NCBI GenBank assembly: GCA_002245135.1
Contig: NGBS01001194.1
Coordinates: 1 to 64,000, forward strand
Direction: 5' to 3'
DNA: 64,000 bases
Origin: Proteromonas lacertae
Taxonomy: Eukaryota
The notes under the pieces are model-generated. The model was not told the origin of the DNA, made no database searches, and saw only the letters and a list, made by a program, of their open reading frames with translations. The translations under genes were made by a program, and so were the position numbers. Position 1 is the stretch's first letter; every line of letters starts with the position of its first letter. Positions 33,836-48,907 of this stretch are shown here, piece by piece.

Positions 33836-36800
33836 TTAAACTTTACCAGTATATCTAGCATTACTACGCCATTTTGGACCAACTCTCTCTTCAGGTCGCA
33901 GATCTTCACTATCTCGAGTATAAATAAACGTGTGTTTATGATTATCCAAGTTAAAATCAATTGGTTTACCACTTTCTGGATCTTTAGCAAGAAATGTACT
34001 ACTTGGAGGTTCATCTCTAAATTGAAAGTATTCTGTCTTATATTCATCAGCAAAGATCGTTTTAGGTGGAGGTCTTAAAGGAACATATTTACCAGAAGGT
34101 AAATGACAATTTCGAACCATTTTCAAAGCATATTTCTTTACTGGTAACTCAAGAATATCACCACATTTATCACCTTGAGAAGCTCCTCCTTTAGGTATAT
34201 ACGGTTTAAATTCTATATCATCTACTACTACTTTACTTAACCAATCTTTATGCATTCTTTCTTCATATTCTTTTTGTTCTCTAATCATTGATTCACCACT
34301 TAAAAATACAGATTGAGTATAATATGGATCTTTTTCTTTAGATGGAATATATTTATCACCAACTTTCTTACATGGTTTAAATCCACCAAAATATTGAGGA
34401 GGTGGTAAATGTAAATCTAATTCAGGTTTACCTTCTGGAGCTGGACCTCCTCTTTCATCTACTGGACATTCATCTTCATCAGCAAAACCAGCAGCTAATT
34501 CTTCAGCTCGAGCTGCACTTACTTTATTAAATGCTGGTAATTTAGAATCAGTTATAAAACCTTGAGGAACTAACCATTTCTTTTCTTCTTCTAATTTTTC
34601 TAATTTTTCCATACTTTGCATTGATCCTAATTGGATTGTTTGACTTGAGAATTCTTTTGAATAGGTATAAGTTGCTGTTGGATCTTCTTGAAGTTTCTTA
34701 AATAATTCTTGTTTTTGTAATTCAGTACATTGGAGTTTTTGACCTGAATAAATATAGATTTCATCTTTACTATTCATTTCTATTTGATATTCTTCTAATT
34801 CTTTCTTTGCTTCATTTCTCATTCGACGGCTTATTTCATTATTTGGACGGATATAATCTTTTTCTTTATATGTTTTTAAGGATTTTAAAAATTCAGGATT
34901 ATTTTGATCTAATGGAGCTTTTAATCTTTCTTTTCGTAATGGATCATCTACAGGTGGATGAATATATCGATTTGTTTTATTTCGATCAATTGGAGGTAAT
35001 GTTTCAAATGTGGCATTTGGATTTTCTAATAAGATTGATCTTTGTTGTAGTAATGTAGATTGTAAATTATCGAAATTATCTCCATATTCATCTTCATCTA
35101 ATCTACAAGATTCACTATCATTGTTATCTTCATCATCATCATCTTCATTATTTCGATTTGATCGATTTGATCGATTACTACTTCGACTGTTATTCTGTCG
35201 ACTTTTCTTTGAAGCAGCTGTACTTGGAGCACTTTCATTATTATATCCTCTTTCATCACTTATCTTTACAGTTTCACCAAATTTCGATTCTATATCAACT
35301 AAACCATTATAACTTGGAAAAGAATTTACTTTTTGTAACATATCTAATCTTTTAGTATAACGAATTGTATTCAATGCAGATAATGCTTCTAAACATTCTC
35401 TTGGAACTTTATTATCATTATATACAGTTGCATTTGATAATAATTCTTTCAATGGATTTCTAAGTCGAATTGTCTTTAATTCTAAATGGAAATTAGTGTA
35501 TAATCGATTAGTAAATCGAATCTTTGAATTGTATAATATTTTGATCTTGTGATTTGTTGGTTCACTTCGTCTTAATAATTGTCTCATTATGGACATTGAT
35601 TCATCACTTAATCCTTCAATTATTACATATCTTCTTTTATCTTCCACTACTTGAAAACCTGTTAAAATATCTAATTCATTCGTTTGAGCTTTTTCTTTTT
35701 CTTCTTCACTTAATCGGTAGGATACATATGTCATTTCTTCAGGAATAAATCGACGATTTACGTTATTGAATGTTTCAAATATTGAAGGAAATATTGGAGA
35801 TTTGTATGGCAAAATTATACTATTTAAATAAATAATAATTAATTAATAAAATATACACTATTCTTTCAAAAATATCTGTTTGTTCATATTTCTTTCCATG
35901 AATTGTTTCAATGGAGATATCTCATCATTGATTGGATGATAAATGGAAATTGAATAATTACATCGACTTTCATTTTCCATATATTTTCCAGGTAATGTTA
36001 GAATTTGTTCTACTTTGCTTAATTTAGCTTTATCAATACCAAGTTTTGGAATATATTGTCTCATTTTTGCTACTATTTGATTTGAACCATTACAACCACA
36101 TAAATAACCAATTTCTTCTTCTTCTATTTCACCTTCTTTATTCTCTTCACTTCCTTCTTTGTTTTTATTACTTCCATTAGATTTGATTGATGAAATTTGA
36201 TTTTCTATTCTTTGGTGTAGGTGGTTGTGCTTTTTCTGCTACTTTACTTTTTCTTTTTTTATCTTTATTCTTCTTACCTTTTTTATCACTATCTGTTGAT
36301 TTGGGAGTCTCTGGTTCGACTTTCTCCTCCTGCTTCATTTCTTCTTCTTCTTTTAATTTTCTTTCTCTTTCTCTATCATCTTTCTCTTTCTGTAATTGAT
36401 TTTTATATTTCTCAAATTCTTTAATCATCTCATTTGATCCTGATTTAAAATATCATTCATTTTAATTGAACAAACACCAAATGGGAAAATATCAGTAGAT
36501 GGTCTAACATTTAGATTAATTTCTGGATATAGAATCATAATGGTATAATTTAATAAATTTCATATCATTTTCTTCTTCAGGTGCAACTCCTCCTTTATTA
36601 TCTTTTTTACCATTCTTTCCATTATCTTTCTTTGAAGCTGGTTTACTTGGTTTTTTCTTTCCTTTTTTATCAGTTTCTACTTCTTCTTCTGGTGGAGGTG
36701 CCATTGTTGCTTTTAGTAATGGATCTTCCTCTGTTTCAGTGACATACGCTTTCTTCTCAGTTTCTAGAATACTGTCTTTAATTGTATCTCTATCATGGAA

Positions 36801-37847
36801 TTTGAATTTCAAGTGGTGTATGGGATAAATAATACTTTAATTCATTTCTATTTTAATAAAATAAATAAATAAATAGTATACTTTGGTATTGTATCTGTTA
36901 AAAAAGCAGTTTCAAAATTCATTTTCACTTTTTCTCCTTGTAAAAAACCAGGAGATCTGATTTTCCTTTCAAAGTTCATAAACTTAAATGAAACATACAA
37001 AGGAACACACATTTCATTCATTACATCATATGGACCATATTCAATATATTTCAATTGTGATTCTACTTCAGGATCTACACTTATTCCAGGCAAATCAACC
37101 TAATTTATCTATCTTTATTCTGATTGGATTATACAATTTCAACATTTCTTTCTTCATTAATGTCCCAACAATTGATATACTTATTGTTAATTTATTAAAT
37201 ACAGGAGGACAATAAGCTGTATCTATTATCGATGGGATTGAAGCTGATCTTGGTGAAGATGTTTCATTCATATCGTTTCCACTACTATAACACTGAGTAA
37301 CACTTGTTGTTGTTTCTCCTAATAGTAATGGACTTATATCTAAATGATATAAATATTGATATGAATTAACCACTCCTTTTTCATTTTCTGTTGATTGAAT
37401 TATGTATATATATGGATCTTCGTTGATTTTTCTTATTAATTCTTCATTTACTGGTTGTACTGGATGAACATATTCAAATGTTTTCATTACTGGTTTTATT
37501 TCTACTCCATCTGAAGTTCCTGGTCTTGAAAATTTACCTGACTTTGCAGGATTTTGGTTTTGACTGTTGTAGCAGGTCTAGATTCCCCTTCTGGATAGTT
37601 CCTCTTCTGGTTCTTGCCAAGTATCGTAAGGATCTATAGGAATTGCTGTTTTATCAATGAAATAGTATCTCCATGATGGATTTTTATGGGGTGAGTCTTT
37701 TTCTAACATACCAGTCATCGTTAGTATAAAACAGACATTATCATCAGGAACTATTCGATATATAATTATAAAGACGTAAATACCTGATTCTGGCTTTGTA
37801 TCCACTTTTTTGTTTTTATTCCCTCCCTTTCCTTGAGCTTTTGACAT
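33836..37847 (-). CDS. CFAP92/KIAA1257-like (FLJ43738-type) protein, multi-exon, with several frameshifts in this sequence
   Basis: Motifs LDISPLLLGE, IHDRD, DILTGFQV, YIYSGQKLQCTELQK and TYTYSKEFSSQT. Short GT-AG introns. Single-base shifts near 36190, 36445, 36530, 36800, 37098 and 37550-37590. Confidence 0.6.
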
Positions 37848-38519
37848 TTAAAGAAAAAAAACGTTTAAGGGAAACGACTCTTTATTTTGAAACTTAATTA
37901 AGAGTTACAAAATGGTTTTCAATTGTTATAATAATTAGATTAGAACAGTAGATGCATAATACAAAAGAATCTAAGTTTTATATAGAAATGTAATCTCAAT
38001 GTAATTTTATGTAATTCAGAAAACAGCGATTAAATAAATGTAATGTCATTGCAAATATGCAAAAATAGCAAAATATGTGATTATCATGGTGTGTATCTTA
38101 TGACCAATAATGTCACAATGATTTTTCTTACAAATTCATAGCTACAATAATGTAACTTAGCTACATTTATTCCAATTTCTTTTTATTCTGTTCATGTAGA
38201 AAGATAATTCAAACAAAAATTCAAATTTAAATAAAAGCGTATAGTGATTCGATTTAATCATAGTAAACCAATACATTTCATGTTACGTTTTATAACCACT
38301 AAAATTCAATTTTAGCAAGCAGTTTATTATTTAAATTTTTCGTCACTAGAAGCAATAATGAGCACTGAGGAAGTATATATTTATAATATTTATGCATTTT
38401 AATTATTAAAAATCCTTTATATAAGCTATACATATCTAATTTATCATTATAGCTTAAAACCGAAGGATCAGAAGGAGGTAATGTATAAGCCACTTAGAAT
38501 ATTTTATTTTTAGAAATTT

Positions 38520-38882
38520 ATGGATCTTACTGAAGAATTACCATCCCGTGTTACTGAAGTATCGATAATTATGTAATATTTAGATAATGCAAAGTGTAAT
38601 TGGTGATGAGAAATATGATATTGATAAGATCTCAACCTGGTGTACCGAAATAAGCACAAAAGTGATTGAATATTTACAATCAGTCTTACCACAATACAGA
38701 TTTGGATGTATTTATATTTTATTTAGTTTATAGTAAACATTGTAATTGCTCAAAAGCGTGGAAATCTTCACAGTCATTCATCCTGCTATTGTAATCAAAA
38801 AACAGATGGATCTCGATCTGCTCAATATTCTAATGAAACTGTTCATGCTATAACTTGTGTTTATGGCTTCTCATTATATTAA
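38520..38882 (+). CDS. Tctex-1 family dynein light chain (3 exons; further 5' exons possible from about 38358)
   Basis: Not in the ORF track. Splicing GT-AG introns at about 38559-38583 and 38708-38733 gives ...IMQSVIGDEKYD..WCTEIS..YRFGLNIVIAQK..HSSCYCNQKTDGS..YSNETVHAITCVYGFSLY*. Confidence 0.85.
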
Positions 38883-39139
38883 ACTTAAATTTCTTCATAT
38901 TTTGTAATGATTTTTTATTGTTTTTTATTATAATATTATAAATCTCATATACAACCAAACACACAACAATAAAAGAATAAAATCAAAATAAGAAATCAAA
39001 TTAAAATCAAAGAAATTTAAAAAGATGGGTTAGATTAATAAAACAATTTTGTAAATATGTTACGAAGTAGTGTATATGTGATGAGGATTGGATATACAAA
39101 AGGGGGTAATTGGACGAATATAGTGTGGTAATTTGTTAA

Positions 39140-40734
39140 TTATTTTAACAATTCATTATAAAAGTATAATATTGGTTTGCTATCATACCTAATTCTATTC
39201 CAATGGTTTAATCTACTTTTAATATCATAATATTCCAGTACAGCATTGCCCCAATCAGTAGGAGTACGATATTTAACCAAATTAGCATCTCTAATTTTTC
39301 CATTATTCATCAAGCTGGCTCGACAGTTTATACCGTTATAAATATATTCTAATATATCAACTCCTGGAGTTAGAATGCCTTTTTCTACAAATGGTTTCAA
39401 TTGGATAGTTTGAAGTTCAATAGGTTCAGGATCTTCTTTAACAATAATTTCTTCCTCTTTTACATTGAATATTTTTTGAATTAATAAATGTGCTGGAAGT
39501 ATTGTTGTTGTTGTTTTTATTATTGTGTTTCTTTGTGTTCTTCTGCCTATTATTATTATTTTGTTGTTGTTGTTGATTATCATTATCTACTTCTCCTTCT
39601 TCTTCTTCTTCTTCAGCTAAGGATCATTTCATTTTCACTTTCATTTTCACTTTCACCTTCATCACTACTATTATAATCATTACAACTTCTATTTCTATTA
39701 ACTCTTCTACGCTTAGCAGTGTTTGAATTATTATTACCTTTTGTTGCTACTGCTGAAGATGGTATTCCCATATCAATCAATCTCTTTTCAATTATTGGAA
39801 CATAAACGTTAATCGTTTGATTATTGTAAATAACCACTTTCCATCCACTAACTGATTTCCTACTAGGGTTTACTCGTTTGTATATATAAATTACCCATTT
39901 TGAAGGATTTGGAAATTTGCAATTATCATAACATATAAAACCATCATTTGTCAAACTACTTGTATATTTGATATTATTGTATCTCACTAAAAATACATCT
40001 TTTCCTGGCTTAAATACACCAGTTACAATACCATCTAATAAGGTAACATGTGGTTTTTGCTTGCTAGAATCATTATCATCAGATTCTACTGAATTATTAT
40101 TGTTTTTCTTTGATCTAGTAGATACTACATTGTGTTTTCTTTTTGTAGATTTTTGTGGCTTGTTCCTGCTTGATTTCAACCTCTTTGGGAGATTGATTTT
40201 CTGAGGATGATGTGTTGGAAAAGGTAATTGTGTCAGATTCTACTGATACTTTATCACTGACTGAAGGAACTTGAATGAACTTCGTTTATTTCTAAATTAC
40301 TCTCAGATTTGATGTATTCTGAAAATGCTGTTCTATCTGAGTTTAGTAACTCTATTTTATAATAATAAATAAATTTAAATTTATATACCTTTCTTGCCTA
40401 ACTCCTTCAATCTGTAATTTACTTCTCTTTTGAGATTATTCATTGTCTCTCTTATATGTTTCATATATTTTTGATAGACATCAAACATAATACCCTTATA
40501 CTTAACCTTGTAGTTAAATGGTGGCTCAGCCTAGTAATTATAACAATAAATCACTCATACGTATTTTAAGTACCACGTATATATGTCAGTATGTTTTCTT
40601 TGGTCTTCATCCATCAAGATACCATCAGATAATAGTGTAGCAAAATGTTCTGAGCCATTGCTTTCAAATGAGAAGACATTTTTGCCTGGCTTTAAAAAAC
40701 CGAATTGTATGTAATAATAAAGATCGCCTCCCAT
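39140..40734 (-). CDS. Protein with three RAMA-like (MPND-type) domains, 3 exons, with about 4 +1 frameshifts
   Basis: Three copies of L...G.(L/F).PG...(F/L)...Y/N....(A/S).L..DG.I......P..W......W..(V/I).Y. ATG at 40734, two short introns, low-complexity linkers. Confidence 0.65.
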
Positions 40735-41015
40735 GCTGTTGTAATCTAAAATACTCTAATTTGTTTGAAAAATGAGAATGAAAAATGTGACGTACTTCAA
40801 GCTTTTTTTCTCAAACATACACGTTTTTTTTCATTCCAAGATTGCATTTTTTTAACATTCATAGATCCGTCAGTTAGAAAGCATTTATAATTACTAAGAC
40901 TATATGAAAAATTTCACTGCCAATCTAACATTTTTTCAAATCTATTTTTTTTGCGAAATAAGACAAACATATCATATTATTAATCAAATGTATATAATTC
41001 ATAAATTCCATTCAT

Positions 41016-44000
41016 TTATATTCTCACAGCTCCATTCTGTTTACCATTAACATCAATCTTGTGAATAGCCTTCTTCTTTACAGAGACAGCTCTTGCTCTC
41101 TTCGTAAATATTCCAGTTCTTAATAAACAGAAGACAAATCCAATAATCAGAATCAATCCAACTGCAACTGACCCTATTGCGATTCCAGCAATAGCTCCAC
41201 TGCTTATGCTACAAGCACTTTCATCGACAGTACTCCAGACACCTTTACCATCATCAGTTAAATAACATTTTCTAATTTTCATTCCACTGTTTGAACCACC
41301 ACAATCTACTGTCACTTCTTTACCTCCCTTTTTCAGCTACTGTACTTGGAAAATCAGAATTGGGTGGACAAACAGCAGCTTTGAATGATATTTTTACATC
41401 AACTTTTTCTTCTTGTGTAGATGGTGGATTGGTTATTGTAAATGAATATATTTTTGTTTCAAGCAAATTCTAATGGAATTCCACTAATTTCACCAGTTTT
41501 TGAATTTAGATTCAATCCTCTTGGCAATTCAGGTTTAACTGTAATATGAATATTATCTCCAACAACCGTAAATAGTTTCTTTACAACAGTGGCAGTTTGT
41601 CCAAAATCTAATTCTAAATTATTCACAACTGTTGATTGTACAATAACTGGAATATCCAAAATATTCGATTTTAGTGTAAATGTAAAACTCACTTCTTTTC
41701 CACTTCCACTTATATAAACGGTCAAGTTAACTGGTTCAAAATATTTGGCAGTATAACCACTCAATTCACCAGAATGATCATTAAAAACTAAAGTATCCAC
41801 AGGAGGTTTTGGTATAATTGAATAACCCAAATTTTCACCTGTTACATAACATAAAGATATATTTTTATATTCAATTCCACCATCAATTGTTACATTATCT
41901 ACATGATTGATTATTACTGGTACTACTGATTTTGTAATATGAATAGTAACATCATTTGATATACTATCAGAATTGTCATTACTACATTTAAAGGTATATG
42001 TTAATGAAGTTGGTTGTTCATTTACTTTTCCACTTAATATTCCACTACTTTTATCGATTTCTAAATTATCCAATAACTTAGGTTCAACCAGAATATGATA
42101 TTGTTTTAGCTAAACATTTGAAAGGTTGTAATAATTCATACTTTTCACCATAAACTACATTAAGTTCTTTATCATATTTTACTATAATTGGTTTGATAGG
42201 TAATTTAATTTTTATTTCTACATTTATAATTATATTATCTTCTTCATTTCCTATTACGAATTTACTCTTTACTATCTTTTCATCTTGTTCTTCATATGTT
42301 GTTCCACTAACAACACCAGTTTTTGAATCTAAAACAAATCCAGATGGTAATTGATCCACTTTATATTCTAAATTAGAACCAGATACTAAGAATAATGTCA
42401 AATTATAGGCAGTACCAGATTCTATTGTTACTGTATCATTACTCCAAATCTTTACTGGAACATTAGATGGTTTTACACTTAAAATTATATTTATACTCTG
42501 TCCAACTGTATCAATATTATTCTTTACAGTAAATGTAAAACTTTGAGCAGATACCTCGTTAATAGGTTGACCTGATATTAAACCAGTCTTTTTATCTAAT
42601 ACTAAACCATCAATTGTTGGATTCATGGAGAATTCTAAGTTATTACCTGATACTAAATATAATAAAACATCTTTGTATATGTTACCAGCTTTAAATTCAT
42701 AATAACTTTCATAACTCATAAATTTTGGACCTTCTTCACATGTATTCTCTATTTGTCTCCAAGTTTTATCATTTTCACATATGAATTTACGAATTCCTGT
42801 TGTTGTTGTTGTTGTGGCTGATGGATTTGTACAATTTAATTCAACTATATCACCTGTTGGTGTAATTGGCAAGTCTTGAACAGCTGGACAAAAACGTAAT
42901 GGACATAAATGGAAATTAATTTCTTTAATTTCAAATTCATATTTATTATCTGTATTTATTATTGTTATTCTTATTGCAGAATACATTTTAGTCATATTAT
43001 AGTTTGGAAATATCACTTTCTTTTCATTATATTCTATTTTATTAAATTCAGCCAATGAAATCCATTCATTATTATCAAACCCATCCATTGTAAGTATGGT
43101 TGGTTGATAAAACAGTTCATTTGTTGTCATACTCATTTGATTGAAGTATGTATGATAATGATCCATATATCTCATTACAGCCCAACCAGGTAAAACATTA
43201 CTATCCCAACTATACCTTGGTGATTCATCAAATGCATAATTTGCAAGTTCTGGATCTGTGTTAGTCTCCGTAATTACATTTGCAAATTTATTTAATACTA
43301 AACAGTTGGCTTTATCACCTATTACTCCAGTCATAAATACATCAATCATCGGGAAGTTTGTTTCATCATTATATTTATGCAATTCAATAGATATTATTGC
43401 TTGATCCACTTCATCAAACATTGATATTGGTAATGCAAATACTTCATCTGTTATTTCATTGTATTTGTTTATTGCAACATCTGTTGGCTTTATTTCAACA
43501 TTCAATGGTAAATTGTTCCTAAACAACTCTTTTCCATTTATTTTAATTAATATTCCACTTACATATCTTACTTTCAATAAAAACGCACTATAATCTCCAG
43601 TATTTTTAAATGATTGTATTTTCCTAATATAAGTTGTTATTCCATTGTTATTTGATAGTTCAGAGAGTGTAGATTCACTCCATTTCATAGTAATTTTACT
43701 TACATCATCCCAACCATCAATATATTGGTAAGAATATTCCCATTTTGATAGATAATTAAAGAAACTAATTGTATTGATATTCTGACTATATTCCATCTGT
43801 TTTTCATCTAATGATGCTTTCACTAATGGTATTCTATTGATAGTTGTCAACATAAAGAAGTAACTATATCCATCACCATAACTATCTCGATGAATAACAG
43901 TGTATTTACCTTCATCTATACAGAATTCATAATAATATTTACCATATGTCCATTCTAATTTATCTCCATTCAAATTAATTATTGATTTCTTATCAGTTTT

Positions 44001-47000
44001 ATCCATATCTTCTGTTTTATATACTAAATAACTCCAATAATTGGAAGGATCATAACCTTGGAAATTCATAGTTAAAAATGTTTTTCCTAATTTTCTACAG
44101 GTTGTTTCAATATCTTCATTATATAATGTTATGGTAATAGTTGCTTTTTTATTGCCTGCAGCATTTTCTGCAGTTATTGTATATTCAGTTATTGGTAAAG
44201 TTTCATTAATACTACCAGTGATTGAACAATCCATTGTATTAAACTCTAAGCATGATGGTAAGGAAGGAGTAATAGAACAACTTTTGACAAAATTAACTTC
44301 TGGTATTATCTTTATATCATCATTTTTATAATAAACATAATTCGTTCCATTTGGATAGGTTAAAACTGGTGGTTTTAATACTGTATTCACTGGATATTCA
44401 CCTTGTTTATCACTTCCTTTAACAGTATCAACTAATATACCATCATTATAAAAATCAAATTGAAAAGGAAAAGCCATTCCTCCTAATAACACTTTTAATG
44501 TTTTATCACCAGGAGCAGTACAGAAATTATCAGAAGTGATTATTTCATTGTCAAAAAATCCAACGAATTTGTTTGCAAATATATCTGAACCATCTTCATT
44601 CTTCAAACCTACTGTACATCCATTTCTGAGTTTTCCTTTTGCTACAAAATAATGAAGTCTTTCTCCATTAATACATGGATAAGAAACTGTAAAATTATAA
44701 CTTCGAGATATTATTGAAGTTTTATCATAATGTGCGACAATTTCAAATCTTATATTTTCTAAATATTCATCTATTTTAATATACAAAAGTCCATTTATAG
44801 ATTCTAATCTAAATCCATTTATTTCTGGCCTTATTTCATAATAATTAACTATACCACTATCAACTTCCAGTAAATATCTACTTTCAATTCCAAATCTTAC
44901 ATAAAAATCACTTTCAATTATAACATTATTATCTAAATCTTTTAAATGTAAATTTTGAGGTGTAACACTTTCAGCTATTCTAATTATTAATGTACAACTA
45001 ACCATTGTTGATTGTACATCGTTTAATTTTCCTGTAACTGTATATTTCGTATAATCTTGAATAACTTCAGGAGTACCAGTTATTCTACAATCACTTTCAA
45101 AACTTAAACCTTTTGGTAACTCAGGTTCAGATACACATTCACTTATTTCTTTATTATCATAAACTATTGGAACATTTGTCGATATAATTTCATTAAGAAA
45201 ATATACACCGTAACTAATAGTATATTCAAAATCGCTTCTTGGAACAAAGTATAAATTATTATTTAAGTCTTTATATTGACTATCATCTTCCTTAGTATTA
45301 CTTCTGTAAGAAATTAATATTCCACTTCCACCTACATCTTTAGAATAAGCAATTCTAATAAAATGATATCCTTGCTTTAGAGAAACAGTGTTATATTTGC
45401 TTATCATATCATAATGTCGTCCAGAATTATCGATTATTAAATTATAATCAATATACAACCAACTAGCATGATAAGAAGTGAGATTAAATTTATATTCATC
45501 TTCTTTACTTATATATAAATATCCATCCCAATTTACACCAAATTGATTAATGAAATTAGGATTTAAACCATCCCAAATTGAAGGGTGTTCAACAAATGGA
45601 TGATTTACACTATTCTCTAGTTTGATTATTTCCACTCTTACACCATCATTTGAAGCTAAAATAGGATCAACCAAATACTCATAAAAATTATCATCTTTTA
45701 AATAATAACCAACTATTCCATTCACAAATCTGTTTATAAAATCAATTTTTAAATGAACCACATTTGTTACAGCTGATATAGTTGAACAGGAAATATCAAA
45801 TTCTATCGATTTTTCAACATTTGAACTAACTTTCAAAACATGTTTATGTAAATCAACAACTACATCTTCACTATTATAACTTCCACTACATTCAGTAGCT
45901 ACTCCTCTATCTAAAGTATATAATATTTCAGTGGATTGTATTGATTGGAACAGTGAAATAGTCATTCTCAAATGCCAGTCTTTGAACTAATTTAAATTCA
46001 GGAGTATAATAAAATGGTAAATTTGATTCAACGCCATTTTTCATCCATTTAATACTAAATCTATAAGTTGAATCGAATTTCTTATAATCATCATATCCTG
46101 CTTGCATTTTACTATCTGTAAAATAATAACCATCAATCAGCATTTCATGATAACCACTTGTTAATTCAACTTCAAAACTTTTCTTTGCATAATCCCATAC
46201 AGCGCATTTAGAAGTGTATATTTTTCCTTCTGCAATGTCAGTTGCTACACTCTCTTGTTGCTCATAATCTGGTTTTGGTTTATTATCAATTGTAACATCA
46301 AAATGAGAATTATCTGATTGAATTATAAAAGTATAGTTTCCATCATTTTCTATATTAATTAATCCATTAAATATCACTCCTAAATATTCAACTGAATAAG
46401 CCTTCATAAATCCTGCTAATTTAGAATCCCAAGCATTATAACCATCTTCTACATCTAAACCATCTAAATTGTCGATCTATTCCTTCATATATTCCAGTAA
46501 AATAACTATTTGGTCTTCCACAAAAACCTAAACCTAAGTTGTTTAGCTGTTACTGACAATCCTTCTATATAATCACTTTTTGCTTTAACTACTGATATTA
46601 TTGTAGATCCAATCAGTTCATTATTCTCATTCATTGCTTTAACTGTTATTCTATTAATAAGTATATATAAATTGCGAAATTAAATACTCTAAATCACCTG
46701 TTGGTTGGTAGTTATCAAACTTTACCACATTATCAATTAGATTTATAGTGGCAACACCACTTGGACTATACTCAGGAACCCATTTTGAGACAGTTTTTGT
46801 ACATTTACATGGTATCTCTTCAGTGAGATTTCGAATAAAGCACCAATTTGGTAATACCACAACTTACTTCAGCTTTTTCTTCAGTTACTATAAATTATAT
46901 AAATGGAACACAATAAATACCATCAATATCTATATCAGCTTTTAAAATTATACCATCATTTCTTCTAAATGTAACAACATGGCTATTTGAATATTTTTCA

Positions 47001-47257
47001 TTTAAAACACCAGAAATTATGCCGGTGTTAGGATCTAACTCCATTCCTGTAGGCAATTTTGGATCCACCTTAAATTCCCCTGTACCTTCAACAACAGGTT
47101 TAATTGGATTTATAGATTTGCCCACATTGTATGAAAGAAAATGATCGGTGTATTTGAAGGTAGTTACAACATCTGCTTCTACAAAACACAACGCTATAAC
47201 ATAAAATGCAATTCAAATACTTAAAATGATAGAAATGGAGAAGTAAAACAGATACAT
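41016..47257 (-). CDS. Large type I membrane surface protein (putative Ig/He_PIG repeats, PA14 domains, galactose-binding-like domains, C-terminal TM), with about 7 +1 frameshifts
   Basis: Signal peptide MYLFYFSISIILTLCFVEA after a 27-nt intron at 47194-47220. Repeated P.LP.GL.LD..TG.ISG.P motifs. PA14 motif FGVNWDGYLYI...YKF.L.S....WLYID. TM segment GAIAGIAIGSVAVGLILIIGFVF. Confidence 0.8.
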
Positions 47258-47501
47258 TTTATTATATGCTAGTATAGTGATTGAAAAATAGTTTGATAAA
47301 CAATAGAATAACTGAACATGCATATCAAAAGCAAAGCAAAGATGGTTATAAAGTAAATGAATGGGTTATGTTTTTATCAAATTCATATCATAAATGAACA
47401 TATTATTTGAAATATAGAACAAAAAAAGTGAAGAAAAAAGATGATAAAACGAATATATTTTTTGAAATAAATAGTAAATTTATAGTCGTTTGAACATAAT
47501 A

Positions 47502-48796
47502 ATGAGAGTTTTATTTGTTTTTTTTCTTGTTATATCAGTGACAATAGCATGTCAGAAGTATTGTAATGGGCATGGTGATTGTGCTACAGGAGATAAGTGT
47601 GAATGTTATCCTGGTTGGGGAGGTTCTGACTGTAATGAGAGTATAATATATTGTTTTTATTATATTTAATGTTATTAGGAAGTTGTCCATACAGTGATGC
47701 CTTTGTTGATTTATTACCTGGTGATTTAGATCATGATGGAGTTGTAACAACTAATGGTGAAGTTGGTGATAATTTTCATGCTGTTTTGAATGAATGGAAT
47801 CCAGTTGTAGGAACACCTGAATCAATTGGAGAAGTAATTACAGAAACAAACAGAGCACATCGTTATGCAGAGTGTTCTAATGCTGGTATATGTGATAGAA
47901 GTAGTGGTTTATGTAAATGTAACAGTGGATTTGAAGGTAGTGCCTGTCAACGAAGAAGTTGTCCAGCATCTGCTGATGGTTTAGTATGTAGTGGACATGG
48001 CATGTGTTTAAGCAGTGAAGCAAGTATTGTTAAAGGAGAAAAAGGTTTACCTAGTGGCTGGGAATATCAGAAGTTTGGTGTTTGTGAATGTGATAATGGT
48101 TGGACTGGTATTAGTTGTGGAAGTAGAATATGTCCTAAAGGATTAGATCCTGTTACAAAGGGAAGTTATACTTATACATTCACAATAACAGGTGCTGATT
48201 TATTACCTACTGGTGGTAGTATAATTGATCATTATTATGAGATGAAATATGATGATGTTGTTTATACAACTCCAAAAATTCCATCATTAACAGGAATATG
48301 TGATAATGGTAAATTAGTTTCATCAAAAGCAAGTGAAGCAGCTGAAGAGATTAGAAGAGCATTAATATCAATACCATCATTATCACAAGCAAAAGTGTCA
48401 TTTACATGTGGAAATACTCAACAAGTTTCATCTATATTAATATCAACACCTTATATTGAATTAGATTTAACAGAAGTATCAGCATCAACTTGTACAGGAC
48501 CAACAGGATCTACTCCTTACTCATGTACCATTGGTATTGGTACTACAGGTAGTAATCTTCAAACCAAAGATAAACCTGCTTCATTTAAGGTAATAGCAGC
48601 AAGTTCTAATCCAACAATTACTTTTAGTATGACAGCTACATCAATGAATGTAAAAGATCCTACAGGTGGTAAACTTATACAAACAGGAGATGTTATATCT
48701 TGTAGTGGAAGAGGTAGCTGTGACGAAACAAGTGGATTATGTCAATGTTTTGAAGGATTTACAGGAGTTGCTTGTGAAAGACAAAGAAATAATTAG
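47502..48796 (+). CDS. Mastigoneme (Sig1/OCM-like) secreted EGF protein
   Basis: Signal peptide MRVLFVFFLVISVTIA. Intron at 47641-47678. Motifs AHRYAECSNAGICDRSSGLCKC..GFEGSACQRRSCP, CPKGLDP and CSGRGSCDETSGLCQCFEGFTGVAC. Confidence 0.85.
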
Positions 48797-48907
48797 TTCT
48801 TTTATTTTTACATATATAATTTTTTGTTTTTTTAATTTATTTTTTTTTAATTTTAATAAGAAGAAAAGATGAAATAAATGAAAGAATAAATAGAAAAATT
48901 AATTATT

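Noticed and set aside
46655..46690. Possible GC-AG intron
   Set aside because: A canonical 37-nt GT-AG intron restores the frame equally well.
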